A DNA stretch of 64,000 nt from a cyanobacterium endosymbiont of Rhopalodia gibba (GCA_045159875.1 CP067995.1:2656001-2720000), one strand, 5' to 3'; positions 34,948-48,718 are shown, counted from the stretch's first letter. Notes: generated from the letters alone by a model not told the origin. Made by a program: numbers and translations.

Positions 34948-35442
34948 TTAAAGATAAAGATGATTTCGACGAATTTCTTCTAATAATCCTCCACAAGCAT
35001 CTAATAATAAATCAATTACCTTATCAAACTCTACCCGACTTCCATAATAAGGGTCGGGAATTTGTTTTTCGTGGTGTTGTGTCATAAACTCACATATCAA
35101 ACGTACTTTATTCTTATACACTCCTTCGGTATCAAGAGCTAAAATATTTTGATGATTTTCCTGATCCATTGCTAAAATCAGGTCAAACTGTTTAAAGTCG
35201 AACCAATTAAATTGTCTAGCCCTGCCCCGAAACTCAATTCCCCGAATCAGTGCAGCCGATTTCATTCTACGATCTGGGGCAGCGCCAATATGGTAACTTG
35301 ATGTCCCCGCCGAATCACAAATAATCTGCTTTTCTAAATTCGCTTCTTTGATTAGGTGGTTCATAATATTCTCCGCTGCCGGAGAGCGACAAATGTTACC
35401 AAGACAGACAAACAGTAATCTGTATACCATGAATTTTACCAA
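34948..35442 (-). CDS. Low molecular weight protein-tyrosine phosphatase
   Basis: VCLGNICRS P-loop, DSAGT, IPDPYYG. Confidence 0.92.
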   Translation of the reverse strand: MVKFMVYRLLFVCLGNICRSPAAENIMNHLIKEANLEKQIICDSAGTSSYHIGAAPDRRMKSAALIRGIEFRGRARQFNWFDFKQFDLILAMDQENHQNILALDTEGVYKNKVRLICEFMTQHHEKQIPDPYYGSRVEFDKVIDLLLDACGGLLEEIRRNHLYL

Positions 35443-35576
35443 AATACCTTAAGACGACGATTCTAACTGAATTCTAACCAGGACATCCTAGATTATATGC
35501 TGGATTCTGACCTGGCTCCAATGCTAAGGTTCAATCACCAAATTTATACCCCTGTTTCCTAGAGGAAAATTTTCAA

Positions 35577-36986
35577 ATGTTGAATTTACTTAAGAAAACT
35601 CGTTCTTACAGTTCCTATCACAACAATTTTTACAATAAAAAACCCAATCGTTTCCCTAAGATTTCTTTATTTTTTCTGCTTCTTGCTTGTCCTGTTTTAA
35701 TTATCCTTTCGGAATTTTTAGCTCAAGCTTATTTAGGAATAACAGGTAAAGATAACAATATAGATGGCAAGTCACCTTTAATAAGAGCCTATCAGCTTAA
35801 CTTCCTGACCGCTAATAAACAACCAATAGAAGGATTAACTGACGGAGGAGATTTAGTAGTTAAGCGCAGTTCTACCCTTGGTTATGAACTCATAAGTCCT
35901 CAAAAAGGAAAATTTTGGCAAATCAATGAACAAGGGGTACGTGATAGTGAGCCTCTACCCTTAGCAAAACCAGGCAATGAAATTCGGATTTTTATTTTAG
36001 GAGGTTCTACCGCTTTTGGACAGTTGAATACTAATAATCAGGCTACGATTAGCCATTACCTTGAAGCTCGTCTTAAACAACGAGTTAAACAACAAAAAAG
36101 TTCTCCTGCTCAATACCGTCCTGATATTTTTCCTTTTTTTGCCCCCACCAGACGACAATTAACAAAATTGCCCCCCAAGATTCGTGAGGGTAACTATCGA
36201 GTTATTAATGCCGCGGTTCCAGGATATACTTCAGGAAATCAATTAGCTAAATTGGCCCTGAGAATTTTACCTTATCAACCAGATCTAATTGTGGTCTTGG
36301 ATGGTTATGAAGATTTAATGTTACAAAGTAGTTATCCTAAAGCTGATATTCCCCATATTGACGAGTTTTTAGCCGATGCCAAGGGTTATTTTCGTGATTC
36401 TTTGGATTTTTCTTTTGATCAATGGCTAAGAAGTACAGCACTAGTGAAAACATTCAATTCTTTTACCCCTCAATCTTCTGTTTCTTTAGACCAAACCAGT
36501 CTAGCTCTCAATAACGATGGCAAATCTCTTAAATCCTATTTACCTAATGATATTGAAGAATTGAAACGTCGGGTTGACCGTTATGAAGAAAATCATAAAC
36601 AGTTAATTAAGTTATCTGCACGATGGGGAATTCCTGTTGTGTTAGCCATTCAACCAGAAATTACCTGTCGTAGTGTGGATAAACTTTCAGCTGAAGAAAA
36701 GGCTATTCGTAATCATCTGGGAAAGGATTATCTTGAGGACTTTCCTCCAGCTTATGGTGAATTAGTGAAAGCAAGTCAACACTTGGCTAAAGCATTTCCA
36801 AAAAATGTCAAAGTCGTTAATTTTTATCAGAGTAATTCTTCTTTTCCCACTCCGATGTTCTCTGACACAGTCCATCTAACGGAGCAATCTAATAAGGTAA
36901 TGGCAGAAAAATTTTATCATGCAATTACTGCTTGGGAAAAAATACAGATCATTCCCCAATATTTTTATCTGAAGACGAGCCGGTAA
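35577..36986 (+). CDS. Membrane-anchored SGNH/GDSL hydrolase-family protein
   Basis: N-terminal TM, LGGSTAFG, NAAVPGY, DTVH (DxxH). Confidence 0.75.
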   Translation: MLNLLKKTRSYSSYHNNFYNKKPNRFPKISLFFLLLACPVLIILSEFLAQAYLGITGKDNNIDGKSPLIRAYQLNFLTANKQPIEGLTDGGDLVVKRSSTLGYELISPQKGKFWQINEQGVRDSEPLPLAKPGNEIRIFILGGSTAFGQLNTNNQATISHYLEARLKQRVKQQKSSPAQYRPDIFPFFAPTRRQLTKLPPKIREGNYRVINAAVPGYTSGNQLAKLALRILPYQPDLIVVLDGYEDLMLQSSYPKADIPHIDEFLADAKGYFRDSLDFSFDQWLRSTALVKTFNSFTPQSSVSLDQTSLALNNDGKSLKSYLPNDIEELKRRVDRYEENHKQLIKLSARWGIPVVLAIQPEITCRSVDKLSAEEKAIRNHLGKDYLEDFPPAYGELVKASQHLAKAFPKNVKVVNFYQSNSSFPTPMFSDTVHLTEQSNKVMAEKFYHAITAWEKIQIIPQYFYLKTSR

Positions 36987-38340
36987 CTTGAAAAAAGTAT
37001 AGATCATGGAATAAATTCTTCCAATTTTCTGCCTAAAGTTAACGTTTATAGACTTATAAAAAAGCACCTCAAACTAAGATCTTGCATCAAGATAAATAAA
37101 TTGAATAAAGAGAACAATTTTTCAAACAGTTATTACCACAATCTAACCTTGTTCCTTCTCTATATTAGCTAATTTAAAATTAGGTGTGATTAGATAAGTT
37201 AGGGCTGAGTCGTTCGCTATGGGTAGTCTTAACCAAATAAGATTATGTCAATTATTTATGATATTTATTGACATTCATTATGTGAATTATCGTTCTATAA
37301 ATAGAAAGCGAGGAAATAAAACAATAGTCAAAAGCCTTAAACTAACTACACAGTCCACCGTATATCGACTCTCAGGAGTGATCGTGATCTACACAGTCAC
37401 GAATTCAAAAATACATTTTAATTCTCAGAGCTTTAACATTCCTTCTGTCACAGTACAGCAGCAAAAATGTTTGGCTTATCTACGCTCCGTCATTGTGAAA
37501 AATTGATCAAGACTTCAGTCAAAAATGACCAAACTATCGGACGAATTTCTCTCATTGTATTTGGTAAAAAAATCTAACGAGTATAATTATAGAACTATAG
37601 TAAGTTAATAAAAAGATAGTTAATAATTTTTCTTTTAAGATGGAATTATAAAAACAATACAATATAAAAAGTCTAATTCATTAGATAACCTTAAAGAAAT
37701 CTAATAAATCTACACTAAAAAAGTGGTCAAAAAAGAGCAGTTACTAGTAGATACTAGCTTGTCCCAAACGAGAATAATATCAGAAGTATTTTACTTAAAA
37801 AATAAAAAAATAGAAACTTTTTTAAGTTTTGATGGATGTAAAACTATGTATTTAAAATACAGCTATCAAAATATTTTTCAGATAAATTTTTTGTTACATT
37901 CTCCCTCTGAGAATTGAAAAAAATCTAAAAAAAAGCATAAAGTAGATTTAAATATGCTACAAAAAAAAACTTAATAATAGCTAACAACTATCTAAAATTT
38001 TTTAAAAAGGAGTAAAAAGTTAAATTGACTCTTGAAAAAATTAATTAAATAATTTTAAAGAAGAACTAAGAATCAAAAAAGTACGGCTCAAAATTAGTTG
38101 ATATACTAAAAAAATTGATGCAGGTACAAATAAATCTAAAAAATCCGGCAAAAGCAAAAGAATAGGCACAGTAATTATTCTTTATGATTACTCAGTTCAT
38201 ACAAGTAGTTTAGTTAAAGTAAATTTAAAACAATAAAAAAAATATATATTTTCTATCAATTTACAGTCTAGAGCCAAATACATATAGAAAGAAAATAGCA
38301 TCTTTTGTTTAGATAAATTAAACTAAAGAAACAAAAGAAA

Positions 38341-38722
38341 CGAGACCGTACTCGATAGATATTCTCACGAGAAGTATAGGCCTATTTTCGCATGCCTGAA
38401 GAAAATTTCCTCTAATCGAGGTAGAATAAGTTTTTATCATAAAATAATTTCTAGGACAATAAACGATGCTACTTCACAATAACTAATTACCTGCTTACAC
38501 GAAGAAAAAGATGTTGCAGTTAGTATGTCTAGCATGTACCGTTTAATCTTAAAATTTAAGTGAATCCCAAAAAATACTTCATATCTTGGAAGTCTACATA
38601 GATATGGTTTGAACTTTCTAACAGAAATATTCGACTACATTTAGATAACTCAAACGTTTAGACATAGTTTCTATTGATGGAATAGTAGTTGACAACCATG
38701 ACTCGTTACTGTGCCAGAATAA
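38341..38722 (+). mobile_element. Degraded IS630-family transposase remnant
   Basis: Fragments RPYSID, NDAT..*LITCLHEEKDVAVSMSSMYRLILK, IVSIDG and MTRYCAR echo IS630 motifs (PYSxDLR, DATLxEL...VSxSTM, xFIDESG, MTRxYAR). Confidence 0.7.
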
Positions 38723-38739
38723 CTAAAAAAAACGAGTTT

Positions 38740-40000
38740 AAGGAGTTTCTAGCAGGATATCTGCTGCCAATATTCTTCGAAGTTGAGAGAATTCTTATAC
38801 ATTTTATTAGAGAGTATTTCTCTGCAGATAGTCCACAAGACTGGCATAGACTAAAACCCATATTGTTGGCGACAATTATCTTTCCATCGCTTCCCTAACG
38901 TTAACTTCTGTAGTCACTTTTTCAGTGGCTTTCATGCCCGTTTTATGAGCTTCAATGACAACAGCGATCACTTTTCTAATTTTGTTTGACGTCTCTTAAT
39001 ATATGGGTAATATACAAAGAAATAATGGTATTTGTTAGGGTTAGATCTTTTTACCTCTTGATTATACGAAACACAACAGTTAAACTGTTGACATTGTTGT
39101 TGATAGATGGAATGTCTTGAGCAACTAAGGTAGCTACATCAGTAATGTAATGGGTTAATTCTATTAAAGGAATAGGACTGGTCGGCCATCATTTTTTAAG
39201 CCATTAATCCTTGTTTAGGGAGAGATTCTATACAAAGAGAATTTTCAAAAGGATATCGATAAACAACATTATCTTTCCATGCCAAAAATAAATAACCGTA
39301 TTTTGGGGGGACACTTTACACAATAAAGGAGGTAACTATTGGCAGAATAGAAAAAATGATTTATAAGAAAATTACATGATGGGATTTTTCTTGATTAGAG
39401 AATCACAAAACTATTGATTTATTTTATTAATTGTTGCCGTCGTTGTTTTAGAATATGGATGAAATCTTGATGATTTTTGATTCCCCACATTATTCAGTTT
39501 AGGTTTAAACGAAACTAGAATGCACAACTGTATGCCATGCCATTATCTACATAAATGAACAACCACGTAAAAGATACTTTTTCATTGAAGGTTTATAATG
39601 AGATGATTTAACAGGCATTAATTCTTCCTTACAAAAATGGATAAAAATCCCTAATCAGAACCTTTAATGTCATTTATAATAATGGCTAGTTATTGGAAGG
39701 GAAAAAATATCTGGCTTAAGTTTAAGTTAAGCAAAATAAGCTGAAAATTAACAGAACTTTAACCACTCACGATTTATTTAAACGGGCTGATAGTACTCAG
39801 CTTAAATAAAATTTAGTCAATGAATTACACTTTCACATTAAGAATATTAGTAGATGGACACAATTAGCATACTTAGACTGTATGTCTAGAGTGAGATGTG
39901 AGTGTAGTTGGGTTGTTCTGTATGTAGCGATTGCATCGGTCGACCGCTCTATCCCAGACTCTTGCGCTCTGTTTACACTGACAAGTAATTAAGTCATAGA
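38740..40000 (-). pseudogene. Decayed coding sequence(s) of unidentified function
   Basis: Protein-like minus-strand fragments (AWKDNVVYRYPFENSLCIESLPKQGLMA; SPIPLIELTHYITDVATLVAQD) broken by stops; a HIP1 variant at 38964. Confidence 0.35.
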
Positions 40001-40143
40001 TAGCTACTATGTAACGGAATAGTAGCTATTATCTGGTTGATAAAGTACCACAATGGGTTAAAAAAGCGCAATCTTTCATAATTGGAGTTATAAATCTAAG
40101 TTATGATGAAAAGGGAAGTTAAATTTGTGGACGAGAGGAAATA

Positions 40144-40455
40144 ATGACTGGACAAGAATTACATACACTGCTGTTTAGTAAATGGAGCAGGTCTTATGAT
40201 ATCCAATTACGAAAAGTCAAGGGGAGAATTGTTTGTCAGGTGATGTGGAAATACCTTGAACAAGCTTCTTTTCCTATGTCTAAAACTGAGTATTTTAACC
40301 ATTTGGAGTCCGTGGCGAGTTATCTAACAGCTTGGGGAAGTACAGAACAGATTATCACTTATTTAGAGCAAACCCATGATCGCCCCCGTTTGGGTAAAGT
40401 CATAAGCATTTTCCTAAATTTAGGGGAAAAAACTTCTGAATGGATTTTAGATTAA
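40144..40455 (+). CDS. DUF3067 family protein
   Basis: KWSRSYDIQL...QVMWKYLEQASFPM...RPRLGK. Confidence 0.85.
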   Translation: MTGQELHTLLFSKWSRSYDIQLRKVKGRIVCQVMWKYLEQASFPMSKTEYFNHLESVASYLTAWGSTEQIITYLEQTHDRPRLGKVISIFLNLGEKTSEWILD

Positions 40456-41908
40456 TGTAATCAAAAAAACACTGAAATCAACTAACTTACAACTAATGTA
40501 ACATATTTTTTTGCTGAACTATTTTAACTTTTTTACTCAATTTGAGAGTAATTTATGACCTTCTTTTTATTTGATAAATTACTTTTTAAGTTTTTGGTAA
40601 AATTAAGTTTTATTGACTATTTTTCCAGATAGAACTTAAACTTATTTCTATGGATAAAAAACTGTAGAGCAGTTAAGCTAGTCGTTAGCCTAAAAGAGAT
40701 ATTATCTATTTTAACTAACAAGCAACTCAGGAAACAGTAGAGGAGTTTAAAATAAATTAAAGTTGATTTAAAGGAGGACTCGTAAATTCAGAATTGTCGT
40801 CAATTTTTTAGTCAAAAATTTATTGACTTAACATTTTAATAGTTAATTTTACATCATCAGTCTGGTAGAACTTCACTTCTCTAAAAGTATCACAATTCTT
40901 CTTTTTCTGAAATAATTTCTCTAGAAGTTGTTTTTATCATTGCATGATATGCTAGGTGCAACATGACGTAAAAATATTAGAACAATTTTTAAAAGCAGCA
41001 TCTATGGATTTTCTGACTGTTTTAAGTGTAGAAAGCATTTATTTGAGGTTTTTTTACAAAAGACCACAAATTCTCAATTTTGTTTAAATCTAAAAAGTCA
41101 GGCGGGGGATACCATCGTTTATATCTAGTTTATTACACTATTTCTCTAATGGTTTCTCTCTTGTGAGAAGCTTGAGATAAGTTGTTCTTACAACCTTCTT
41201 CAACAGTTAAAGAAACAAAGATTTCTCCTTTTTTAAAAATCCGAATAGAACTAACTCTTTCTCTTTTTCTTCTAAACTACTGATCTTGCTCACTCCACCA
41301 TCTAATTGCTTATTCTCTAACTGAAAAATCATCTTAACATTTTTGCGCAATGCTCTGGATTTATCCAACCCAAAATTTCCTTAACTTTACTACCCTCTTG
41401 TATTTAAAGATAAAACTCCCACTCCCGTTCTCACTCTGTAGTAAGTTTTTTAAGTGTCGTGTCAAATTTGATAGTTTTTGCTATTACAATTCTGTTAACT
41501 AAATTTTCAGTTCAGCTGGCATCTAGTGATTATTATTTTTTAAAATTTTAGATCTATTTAAGCTCATCTACTTATTTTTAAACCCCCTAAAATTTTTATT
41601 TCCAATTTTTTAAATCATCTCTATTTTCTCTCTGCACAAAGTAAAAAAACTATGATTCTCAATTAACTCATTATCAAAACTGAACCAAATTAAAGAGTTA
41701 AACAAAATCAAACCAATTATAAATATAAAAAGCCATAACTAATACTAACAAGGTATCATCAGATAGGATAACTTTTACAGTAGTAGATGCTATCGGTATT
41801 TACAAAGTTGGGTTAAGTAACACTGCTGAAATTTTTATAAAATCAGCTTCTTTACCTTTCACCTTCATATGGCATCATAATCCTTTAATTTTAAATTAAC
41901 CATCGTCA

Positions 41909-44050
41909 GTGAATATGTTCTTTTTATTAGAAGTTGGAACAGAAGAATTACCCGCAGATTTTGTTGATAGTGCGATCGCCCAATGGGAACAACACATCCC
42001 CTCTAGCCTACAAGAAGAATTTCTCACTCCGGAGTCCATCACCTTTTATGGGACACCCCGTCGCTTAGCCGTCTTAATTGCAGGACTCCCTGAGCAACAA
42101 GACGAGCACACTAAAATCATCAAAGGTCCATCAGCGCAAGTAGCATTTAAGGATGGAAAACCCACTAAATCAGCAGAAGGATTTTCTCGTAAACAGAAGG
42201 TAGACATCGCTGATCTAGAAATTCGCCCGACAGAAAAGGGTAACTTTGTGTTTATTGAGAAAAAGATTAAAGGACAACCTACATCGGAGATTTTACAAGA
42301 ATTAATCCCCACCTGGATTACAAAATTAGAAGGAAGAAGGTTTATGCGGTGGGGGAATGGAGACTTACGCTTTCCCCGTCCCATTCGCTGGTTAGTGGTA
42401 CTGTGTGATGCTCAAATCCTCCCTTTGCAATTAGCTAATGCAGAAAACACCTTAATTAGTGATCGTATTTCCTATGGCCATCGTATTCTTCATCCCGATC
42501 CTGTTGCTATCTCCCACGCATCTCAGTATAGGGAAACCTTAGGAACTGTATTTGTTGAAGTGGATCGGGACTACCGTCGTAAAACCATTGAAAAAGAAGT
42601 GAACACGATGGCTAAAAAACTAAAAGGAACCTCAGATATTCCCTCTGATTTGTTAACAGAAGTAACCAACCTAGTAGAATATCCCACGGCGATCACTGGA
42701 ACATTTGATGAAGAATTTCTTGAACTTCCCACCGAGGTCATCACTACCGTGATGATGACTCATCAACGTTATTTTACGGTTAAAAATTCCCAAGGATCAC
42801 TATTATCTAACTTTATTACCATTTCCAATGGTGATCGCACAAAATCTGAGATTATCGCCACAGGAAATGCACGGGTGCTCCGGGCCCGTCTAGCAGATGC
42901 TCAATTTTTCTACCATGCAGACTGTAGTAAACCCTTCGATAGTTTCTTTCCCCAACTCGAAACCGTTATCTTTCAAGAAGAATTAGGAACTATGAAGGAC
43001 AAAGTTGAACGCATTATGACCTTATCCCAACAAATTGCCCAACAATTAGAGTTAACACAACAAAAATATAAGGAAATTGAAAGTACAGTCATGCTGTGTA
43101 AAGCGGATCTTGTTACCCAGATGGTCTATGAATTTCCTGAATTACAAGGGATTATAGGACAAAAATATGCCCTGGTTAGCGGAGAGTCGGAAGCAGTGGC
43201 CCAAGGAATTTTTGAGCATTACTTGCCCCGTGGGGCAGATGATATTATGCCACAGTCCCTAACTGGTCAAGTGGTAGGACTTGCTGATCGTTTAGACACT
43301 TTAGTGGGCATTTTGGGGCTAGGTCTAATACCTACTGGATCATCTGATCCCTTTGCTTTAAGACGTGCAGCAAATGGAGTTATTAATATTATTTGGAAAG
43401 CACAATTAGGCATTAATTTAATAAAATTATTGGACCAAGGAAGTCAAGATTTTATAGCGATTTATAGTGATAAAAAATCTCCTCTAGAAAAATTAGAATG
43501 TTTCTTTATTCAACGTCTTCAAACTCTCTTACAAGATGAATTAAAGATTGATTATGATTTAATTAATGCAGTACTAGGACAAGATGACCCTGAGTTTCGG
43601 AAACGCGCTTTACAGAATTTATTAGATCTTCGTGATCGCGCTAAATTCTTACAGAAAATCCGCAAGAATGGTCAGTTAGATGATATTTATGAAACGGTTA
43701 ATCGTTCGACTCGTCTTGCTTCTCAAGGAAACTTAGAATTTTTTGAACTTGATCCTAGAAAAGTCGTTATCCCTGAACTTTTTCAAAAAAATTCAGAAAA
43801 GTTATTCTATCAAGAATTAATAGATTTACTCCCAAAAACTTTATCTGCAAAATCTCAACGCAACTATCAATTATTGGTAGAAGGTTTAGTTGAAATTACT
43901 CCGATAGTAAATAATTTTTTTGATGGAGACAATAGTGTTTTAGTGATGGATAAAGATCCGAACATTAGAAAAAATCGCTTAAATTTATTAGGAATACTTC
44001 GAAATCACGGACGAATCCTATCAGATTTTGGAGCTATTATCAAAGGATAA
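41909..44050 (+). CDS. glyS: Glycine--tRNA ligase beta subunit
   Basis: [50 protein letters not shown]. Confidence 0.97.
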   Translation: MNMFFLLEVGTEELPADFVDSAIAQWEQHIPSSLQEEFLTPESITFYGTPRRLAVLIAGLPEQQDEHTKIIKGPSAQVAFKDGKPTKSAEGFSRKQKVDIADLEIRPTEKGNFVFIEKKIKGQPTSEILQELIPTWITKLEGRRFMRWGNGDLRFPRPIRWLVVLCDAQILPLQLANAENTLISDRISYGHRILHPDPVAISHASQYRETLGTVFVEVDRDYRRKTIEKEVNTMAKKLKGTSDIPSDLLTEVTNLVEYPTAITGTFDEEFLELPTEVITTVMMTHQRYFTVKNSQGSLLSNFITISNGDRTKSEIIATGNARVLRARLADAQFFYHADCSKPFDSFFPQLETVIFQEELGTMKDKVERIMTLSQQIAQQLELTQQKYKEIESTVMLCKADLVTQMVYEFPELQGIIGQKYALVSGESEAVAQGIFEHYLPRGADDIMPQSLTGQVVGLADRLDTLVGILGLGLIPTGSSDPFALRRAANGVINIIWKAQLGINLIKLLDQGSQDFIAIYSDKKSPLEKLECFFIQRLQTLLQDELKIDYDLINAVLGQDDPEFRKRALQNLLDLRDRAKFLQKIRKNGQLDDIYETVNRSTRLASQGNLEFFELDPRKVVIPELFQKNSEKLFYQELIDLLPKTLSAKSQRNYQLLVEGLVEITPIVNNFFDGDNSVLVMDKDPNIRKNRLNLLGILRNHGRILSDFGAIIKG

Positions 44051-44519
44051 GTTTAGGAGTTTAACTCCAATATTTAATTTACTCTTGGAATATTTTGAAC
44101 AAAGTGATGAATAACTTTTTTAAAAAGTCAAATTTATGTGAAGAACTTCATCAAGTTTATTGACATTAATTATTATTAGTAATTAAGGATTAGAAATAAA
44201 TTTTATTAAAATAACTCAAGGTAATAAATCAATAAAAAACTGCAAATTAAAATTGAAACTCATGAATTATAAGACAAATAAACTTATGATTAAAAATCAA
44301 GGACTTATTGTTTATTCATTACATAAATTTTTTAATGATTTATCCTTGAAAAAAATAATTAAGTATTGTTAACGTTAAGGTAACCTCCCTGACTACCAAC
44401 AGTTAAAACAAAACGTTAACATTAATTTCTGTTTATGTAAAAAGTGAATTTTTAACTTGAAAGAGTACATTTTGGATTTTTTTTTAAAAAAATAAATATA
44501 TGTTGTAAAAATAAGAGAT

Positions 44520-45002
44520 CTAGAGATATTTTAGTGTCCGAATATTTTTCATTAGGTTCGACTCATCCTGATAGTCAATGGAATCAAGAAAAAAATTAAG
44601 GCAATGGGATACGAGAAAACTCTATTGATAGATATATTGTAGCAGCGTCCAAAAACCTATTTACCCTTGAAGATCAACCTTTAAAAACTAGATATCAACC
44701 ACTATTATATTTATCTACCGTAGAAAATAGAAAAATTATTAGTGTTCAATATAAAAAAAGGCTATCAACCATAGCAGTTGGCTTTCTAAAATTATTAAGC
44801 CCTTTCAATTCAATCAACTTGTAGCATTATTCTTAATTCAAAATATTATATGAAATACCATAGGTTGTTTCAACCTAGAGCAGAAAATTTAGTCCATCAA
44901 CGAAAAATTATACCGGTAGATCACAATAATAAGTTACGCCCAGAAACTATTGAACAATTAAATTCTATTTTTTGAGAAATTTTATCAAAGTTTGACTTTT
45001 AA
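44520..45002 (+). pseudogene. Decayed sulfotransferase-domain gene (C-terminal part recognisable)
   Basis: HQRKIIPVDHNNKLRPETIEQLNSIF*EILSKFDF* resembles the RKxxxGD C-terminal motif of sulfotransferases; upstream part is fragmented. Confidence 0.5.
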
Positions 45003-45184
45003 ACAAAATTACTGAAGAGTCCAATCATAAGTTAGAACCATGATGGTGTCTTACATAAATTTTTAGGTAGTGTAAATAACACACTAGTTATATTTTTGAG
45101 GAAAAGAAACTCTCCGAGTCGCAAATTTAGTAAAAGAACGTTACATTAAATATTGACGTTGTAACTTTGGATGCAGGAGCCTCC

Positions 45185-45984
45185 ATGCTAGAGTTATACC
45201 AATTTGAGTTGTCTCAATATTGCGAAAAGATACGGCTGATTCTTTACTACAAGGGATTGGATTACCGTAAAATCGAAGTCACTCCAGGAGTTGGACAGCT
45301 TAAACTCTTTAAAGTGTCCGGACAGCGACAAGTGCCTGTCTTAAAAGATGGAGAAACTATTATCGCTGATTCAACTAAAATTGCCTTTTATTTAGACCGT
45401 AAATATCCTGAAAAACCTATCATTCCCACTGATCCCGTAGCGAGGGGACAGTGCTTGTTGATTGAAGAATGGGCCGATGAATCCATTGGCATTAAAGGAC
45501 GTACTGCATTAATTGGGGCGTTGAATAAAAATCCTAATTTTCGTACTTCTATTTTGCCCCAAGAAGTCCCTGACTTCCTCAAAAATTTTATCAAGGCAGT
45601 TCCAGGGGATTTACTCACAGTTTTAGGAACAGGAATTGGGTTAGGTACAGAGGCAATAAAATCTGCTTAGATCGCCCTTAAACAGGATTTAGAAGCCTTA
45701 AGCTTAATTTTGCAGCATCGTCCTTATTTAGGAACAGAAGAACCCACCCTCACGGATTTTACCGTGGCGGGATTAAGTATAGTTTTGAAGTTTCCTGCCG
45801 GAGATTACCTCGATATTTCTAATCAATTAAAAGGGAAGGGAATTCCTGAGTTGACAGATAATACCAATTAAGACGCTTTTTTTCTCTGGCGAGATCGTTT
45901 CTACACAGATTATCGTAAACCTCAAAGGAGAACAAATTCAGGTAGAAGTGACTCCACACAGCTCACGATTTCACGATTGATTAA
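45185..45984 (+). pseudogene. Glutathione S-transferase with premature stops
   Basis: MLELYQFELSQYCEKIRL...GQRQVPVL...DST. The frame continues past TAG 45668-45670 (IALKQDLEAL...PTLTDFTVAG...KGKGIP) and TAA 45869-45871 (FFLWRDRFY). Confidence 0.88.
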
Positions 45985-46013
45985 TCGCACTAAATTACTA
46001 AACCTATAAACTG

Positions 46014-46430
46014 ATGACAACTTCAAAAGAAAATTTTAAAATCGTCAAATCTGCCCAAGAATGGCAGGAAATATTAAGTCCCGAACAATTTGATGTCTTG
46101 CGCAAACATGGAACTGAAATTGCTGGAACTAGCCCCCTGAATCAACAATATGGGGCAGGAATTTATGTCTGTGGTGGTTGTGGACATCCTTTATTTACCT
46201 CGGAGACCAAATACAATAGTGGCACAGGTTGGCCTAGTTTTTATGATTCTATTCAAGGGGCAATCGCCACTTTGGTCGATCAGTCTTTATTCATGACCCG
46301 CACGGAGGTCCATTGTAGTCGCTGCGGCGGTCATTTAGGCCATGTTTTTAGTGATGGTCCAGCTCCAACCGAACAACGTTACTGTATCAATGGGATATCT
46401 TTGAAGTTTTTTCCTCAAGAAGATAGTTAG
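46014..46430 (+). CDS. msrB: Peptide-methionine (R)-S-oxide reductase
   Basis: GTE, CxxC, SGTGWPSF, RTEV, HLGHVFSDGP, RYCING. Confidence 0.95.
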   Translation: MTTSKENFKIVKSAQEWQEILSPEQFDVLRKHGTEIAGTSPLNQQYGAGIYVCGGCGHPLFTSETKYNSGTGWPSFYDSIQGAIATLVDQSLFMTRTEVHCSRCGGHLGHVFSDGPAPTEQRYCINGISLKFFPQEDS

Positions 46431-46459
46431 TTATTTGAATATTTTTAAATCGAAGGGTA

Positions 46460-46675
46460 ATGCCAATTAATTTAATTGTCCTAGTGGCCTCCTTGTTGAT
46501 TACTTGGTTAGTTTTCAACTGGACAACGAAAGTCCTAAAAGCCAGTATCACAACCGCCTTTATGATTATAGTAATTGTTATGGCTCTACAAATGACTTTA
46601 GGGATTTCTCCTCAACAATTATGGAATCAAATTCTTAGTCTTCCAAAAATAATCCGAGAACTCCTTAACAGGTAA
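46460..46675 (+). CDS. Small conserved cyanobacterial membrane protein
   Basis: Two hydrophobic helices and GISPQQLW motif; co-oriented 29 nt after msrB. Confidence 0.7.
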   Translation: MPINLIVLVASLLITWLVFNWTTKVLKASITTAFMIIVIVMALQMTLGISPQQLWNQILSLPKIIRELLNR

Positions 46676-46710
46676 ATAGTTAATAGTGAATGTTCATCAT
46701 CTATTGACAA

Positions 46711-48102
46711 CTAAAATTCGGCACTCAAAGGAGTTCTTGGGAAGGGAATGACATCTCGAATATTGCCCATTCCCGTCATAAATTGCACCAATCTTTCAAA
46801 TCCCAAACCAAACCCCGAATGGGGAACGGAACCATAACGATGCAAATCTAAATACCACCAAATTTCTTCTTCTAAAATACCTAATTCACCGGTCCTCTGT
46901 TGCAACATATCTAACCTTTCTTCCCGTTGGGAACCCCCAATAATCTCGCCAATTTTTGGGACTAAAACATCCATTCCTGCGACGGTTTTACCATCATCAT
47001 TCAACCGCATATAAAAGGCTTTAATTTTCTCCGGATAATCAGTTACAATTAACGGTTTTTTAAATAATTTTTCAGCTAAATATTGTTCATGTTCTGATTG
47101 TAAATTAATCCCCCATTCGACGGGATATTCAAACTTTTGTTTCGCTCTTTCTAAAAGTTTAATGGCTTCAGTATAAGTAATTCGTTCAAAATCGTTATCT
47201 ATGATGTTATTGGCTGTTTCTAAAACCGTTTTATCAATGTGTTTATCAAAAAATTCTATGTCTTCTGGACAAGTTTCTAAAACAGATTTAAAGATGTATT
47301 TGAGAAATTTTTCAGCTAAATCTTGATTATCTTCAAGATCACAAAAAGCCATTTCAGGTTCTACCATCCAAAATTCAGCTAAATGACGGGAAGTATTAGA
47401 ATTCTCTGCCCGGAATGTTGGACCAAAAGTATACACACTTTTAAAGGCCATAGCCATCACTTCTGCTTCTAATTGACCACTAACAGTTAGATATGCTCGT
47501 TTTCCAAAGAAATCTTGACTGTAATCTATACTTTTTTCTTTATTTTCGAGAACTTTATTTAAATTTAAATTAGTGACAGTAAACAACTCCCCCGCTCCTT
47601 CGCAGTCACTAGGAGTAATAATAGGGGTATGAACCCATATAAAGTCTCTTTCTTGGAAAAAACGATGAATCGCACTTGAACAAACGTTACGAACCCGCAT
47701 GACAGCTCCTATGGTATTAGTGCGTGCTCGCAAATGTCCGATCGTACGCAGAAACTCAAAAGAGTGACGTTTTTTCTGGAGAGGATAGGTTTCAGGATCG
47801 GACCCCCCATAAACTCGTACAGACGATGCTTTAACCTCGACGCGTTGCCCTTTCCCTGGGGAAAGAACTAAGGTCCCTATTACCCCAACAGAAGCACCGG
47901 TATTTAAGCATCTGAGGACATTTTCATAATTAACGACTGTAGCATCGATAACCACTTGAATGCTAGTCACGGAGGAACCATCATTGACCTCCATAAAAGC
48001 GAATTCTTTCAATTCTCGTTTGGTTCGTACCCAACCTTGAACCGTAACGGCATCATTGGGTTGACCGTTCCGTAAAATGTCTCTAATGCGTTGTGTTGGC
48101 AT
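46711..48102 (-). CDS. asnS: Asparagine--tRNA ligase
   Basis: [56 protein letters not shown]. Confidence 0.97.
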   Translation of the reverse strand: MPTQRIRDILRNGQPNDAVTVQGWVRTKRELKEFAFMEVNDGSSVTSIQVVIDATVVNYENVLRCLNTGASVGVIGTLVLSPGKGQRVEVKASSVRVYGGSDPETYPLQKKRHSFEFLRTIGHLRARTNTIGAVMRVRNVCSSAIHRFFQERDFIWVHTPIITPSDCEGAGELFTVTNLNLNKVLENKEKSIDYSQDFFGKRAYLTVSGQLEAEVMAMAFKSVYTFGPTFRAENSNTSRHLAEFWMVEPEMAFCDLEDNQDLAEKFLKYIFKSVLETCPEDIEFFDKHIDKTVLETANNIIDNDFERITYTEAIKLLERAKQKFEYPVEWGINLQSEHEQYLAEKLFKKPLIVTDYPEKIKAFYMRLNDDGKTVAGMDVLVPKIGEIIGGSQREERLDMLQQRTGELGILEEEIWWYLDLHRYGSVPHSGFGLGFERLVQFMTGMGNIRDVIPFPRTPLSAEF

Positions 48103-48235
48103 ATTGATGTCTTAGGATTTTTTTAGGATCAAACCTTTCTCATACTAACATTGTGTGCACTTAGAACGAGTTAATCTTTCCGAGAAATAGAGTAAAATAC
48201 TTGATAGATTAACAAAGATAGAGTGAGTCTCGAGC

Positions 48236-48718
48236 TTATTTCTCTTTTACTAACAAAGCCACTGTATAAACCGAGATACCTTCTTCGCGTCCAGTTGGTC
48301 CTAGTTTTTCATTTGTTGTTGCTTTAATTCCGATTTGATCATATTCGATATCTAAAGTTTCAGCTAACTTTTCTCTCATATCTAAGATATAAGGTTTAAT
48401 TTTTGGACGTTCAGCAATAATAACTGAGTCAATATTACCAATTTGCCATTCTTGTGATCGCACCAATTTATTGACTTGTTTAAGTAATGCAAGACTATTT
48501 GCTCCTTTCCATTGAGGGTCGGAAGGAGGAAAATAATGACCAATATCCCCTAGACTTAACGCCCCTAACATAGCGTCCATAATAGCATGTGTTAAAACAT
48601 CGGCATCACTGTGTCCTAACAAACCGACAGGATGAGGAATCTCAATTCCTCCTAGAATTAAAGGACGACTTCGAACTAAACGGTGGATATCATATCCATT
48701 ACCAATGCGAACGTTCAT
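48236..48718 (-). CDS. ispF: 2-C-methyl-D-erythritol 2,4-cyclodiphosphate synthase
   Basis: [36 protein letters not shown] at 48718 preferred over the longer track start at 48751. Confidence 0.95.
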   Translation of the reverse strand: MNVRIGNGYDIHRLVRSRPLILGGIEIPHPVGLLGHSDADVLTHAIMDAMLGALSLGDIGHYFPPSDPQWKGANSLALLKQVNKLVRSQEWQIGNIDSVIIAERPKIKPYILDMREKLAETLDIEYDQIGIKATTNEKLGPTGREEGISVYTVALLVKEK

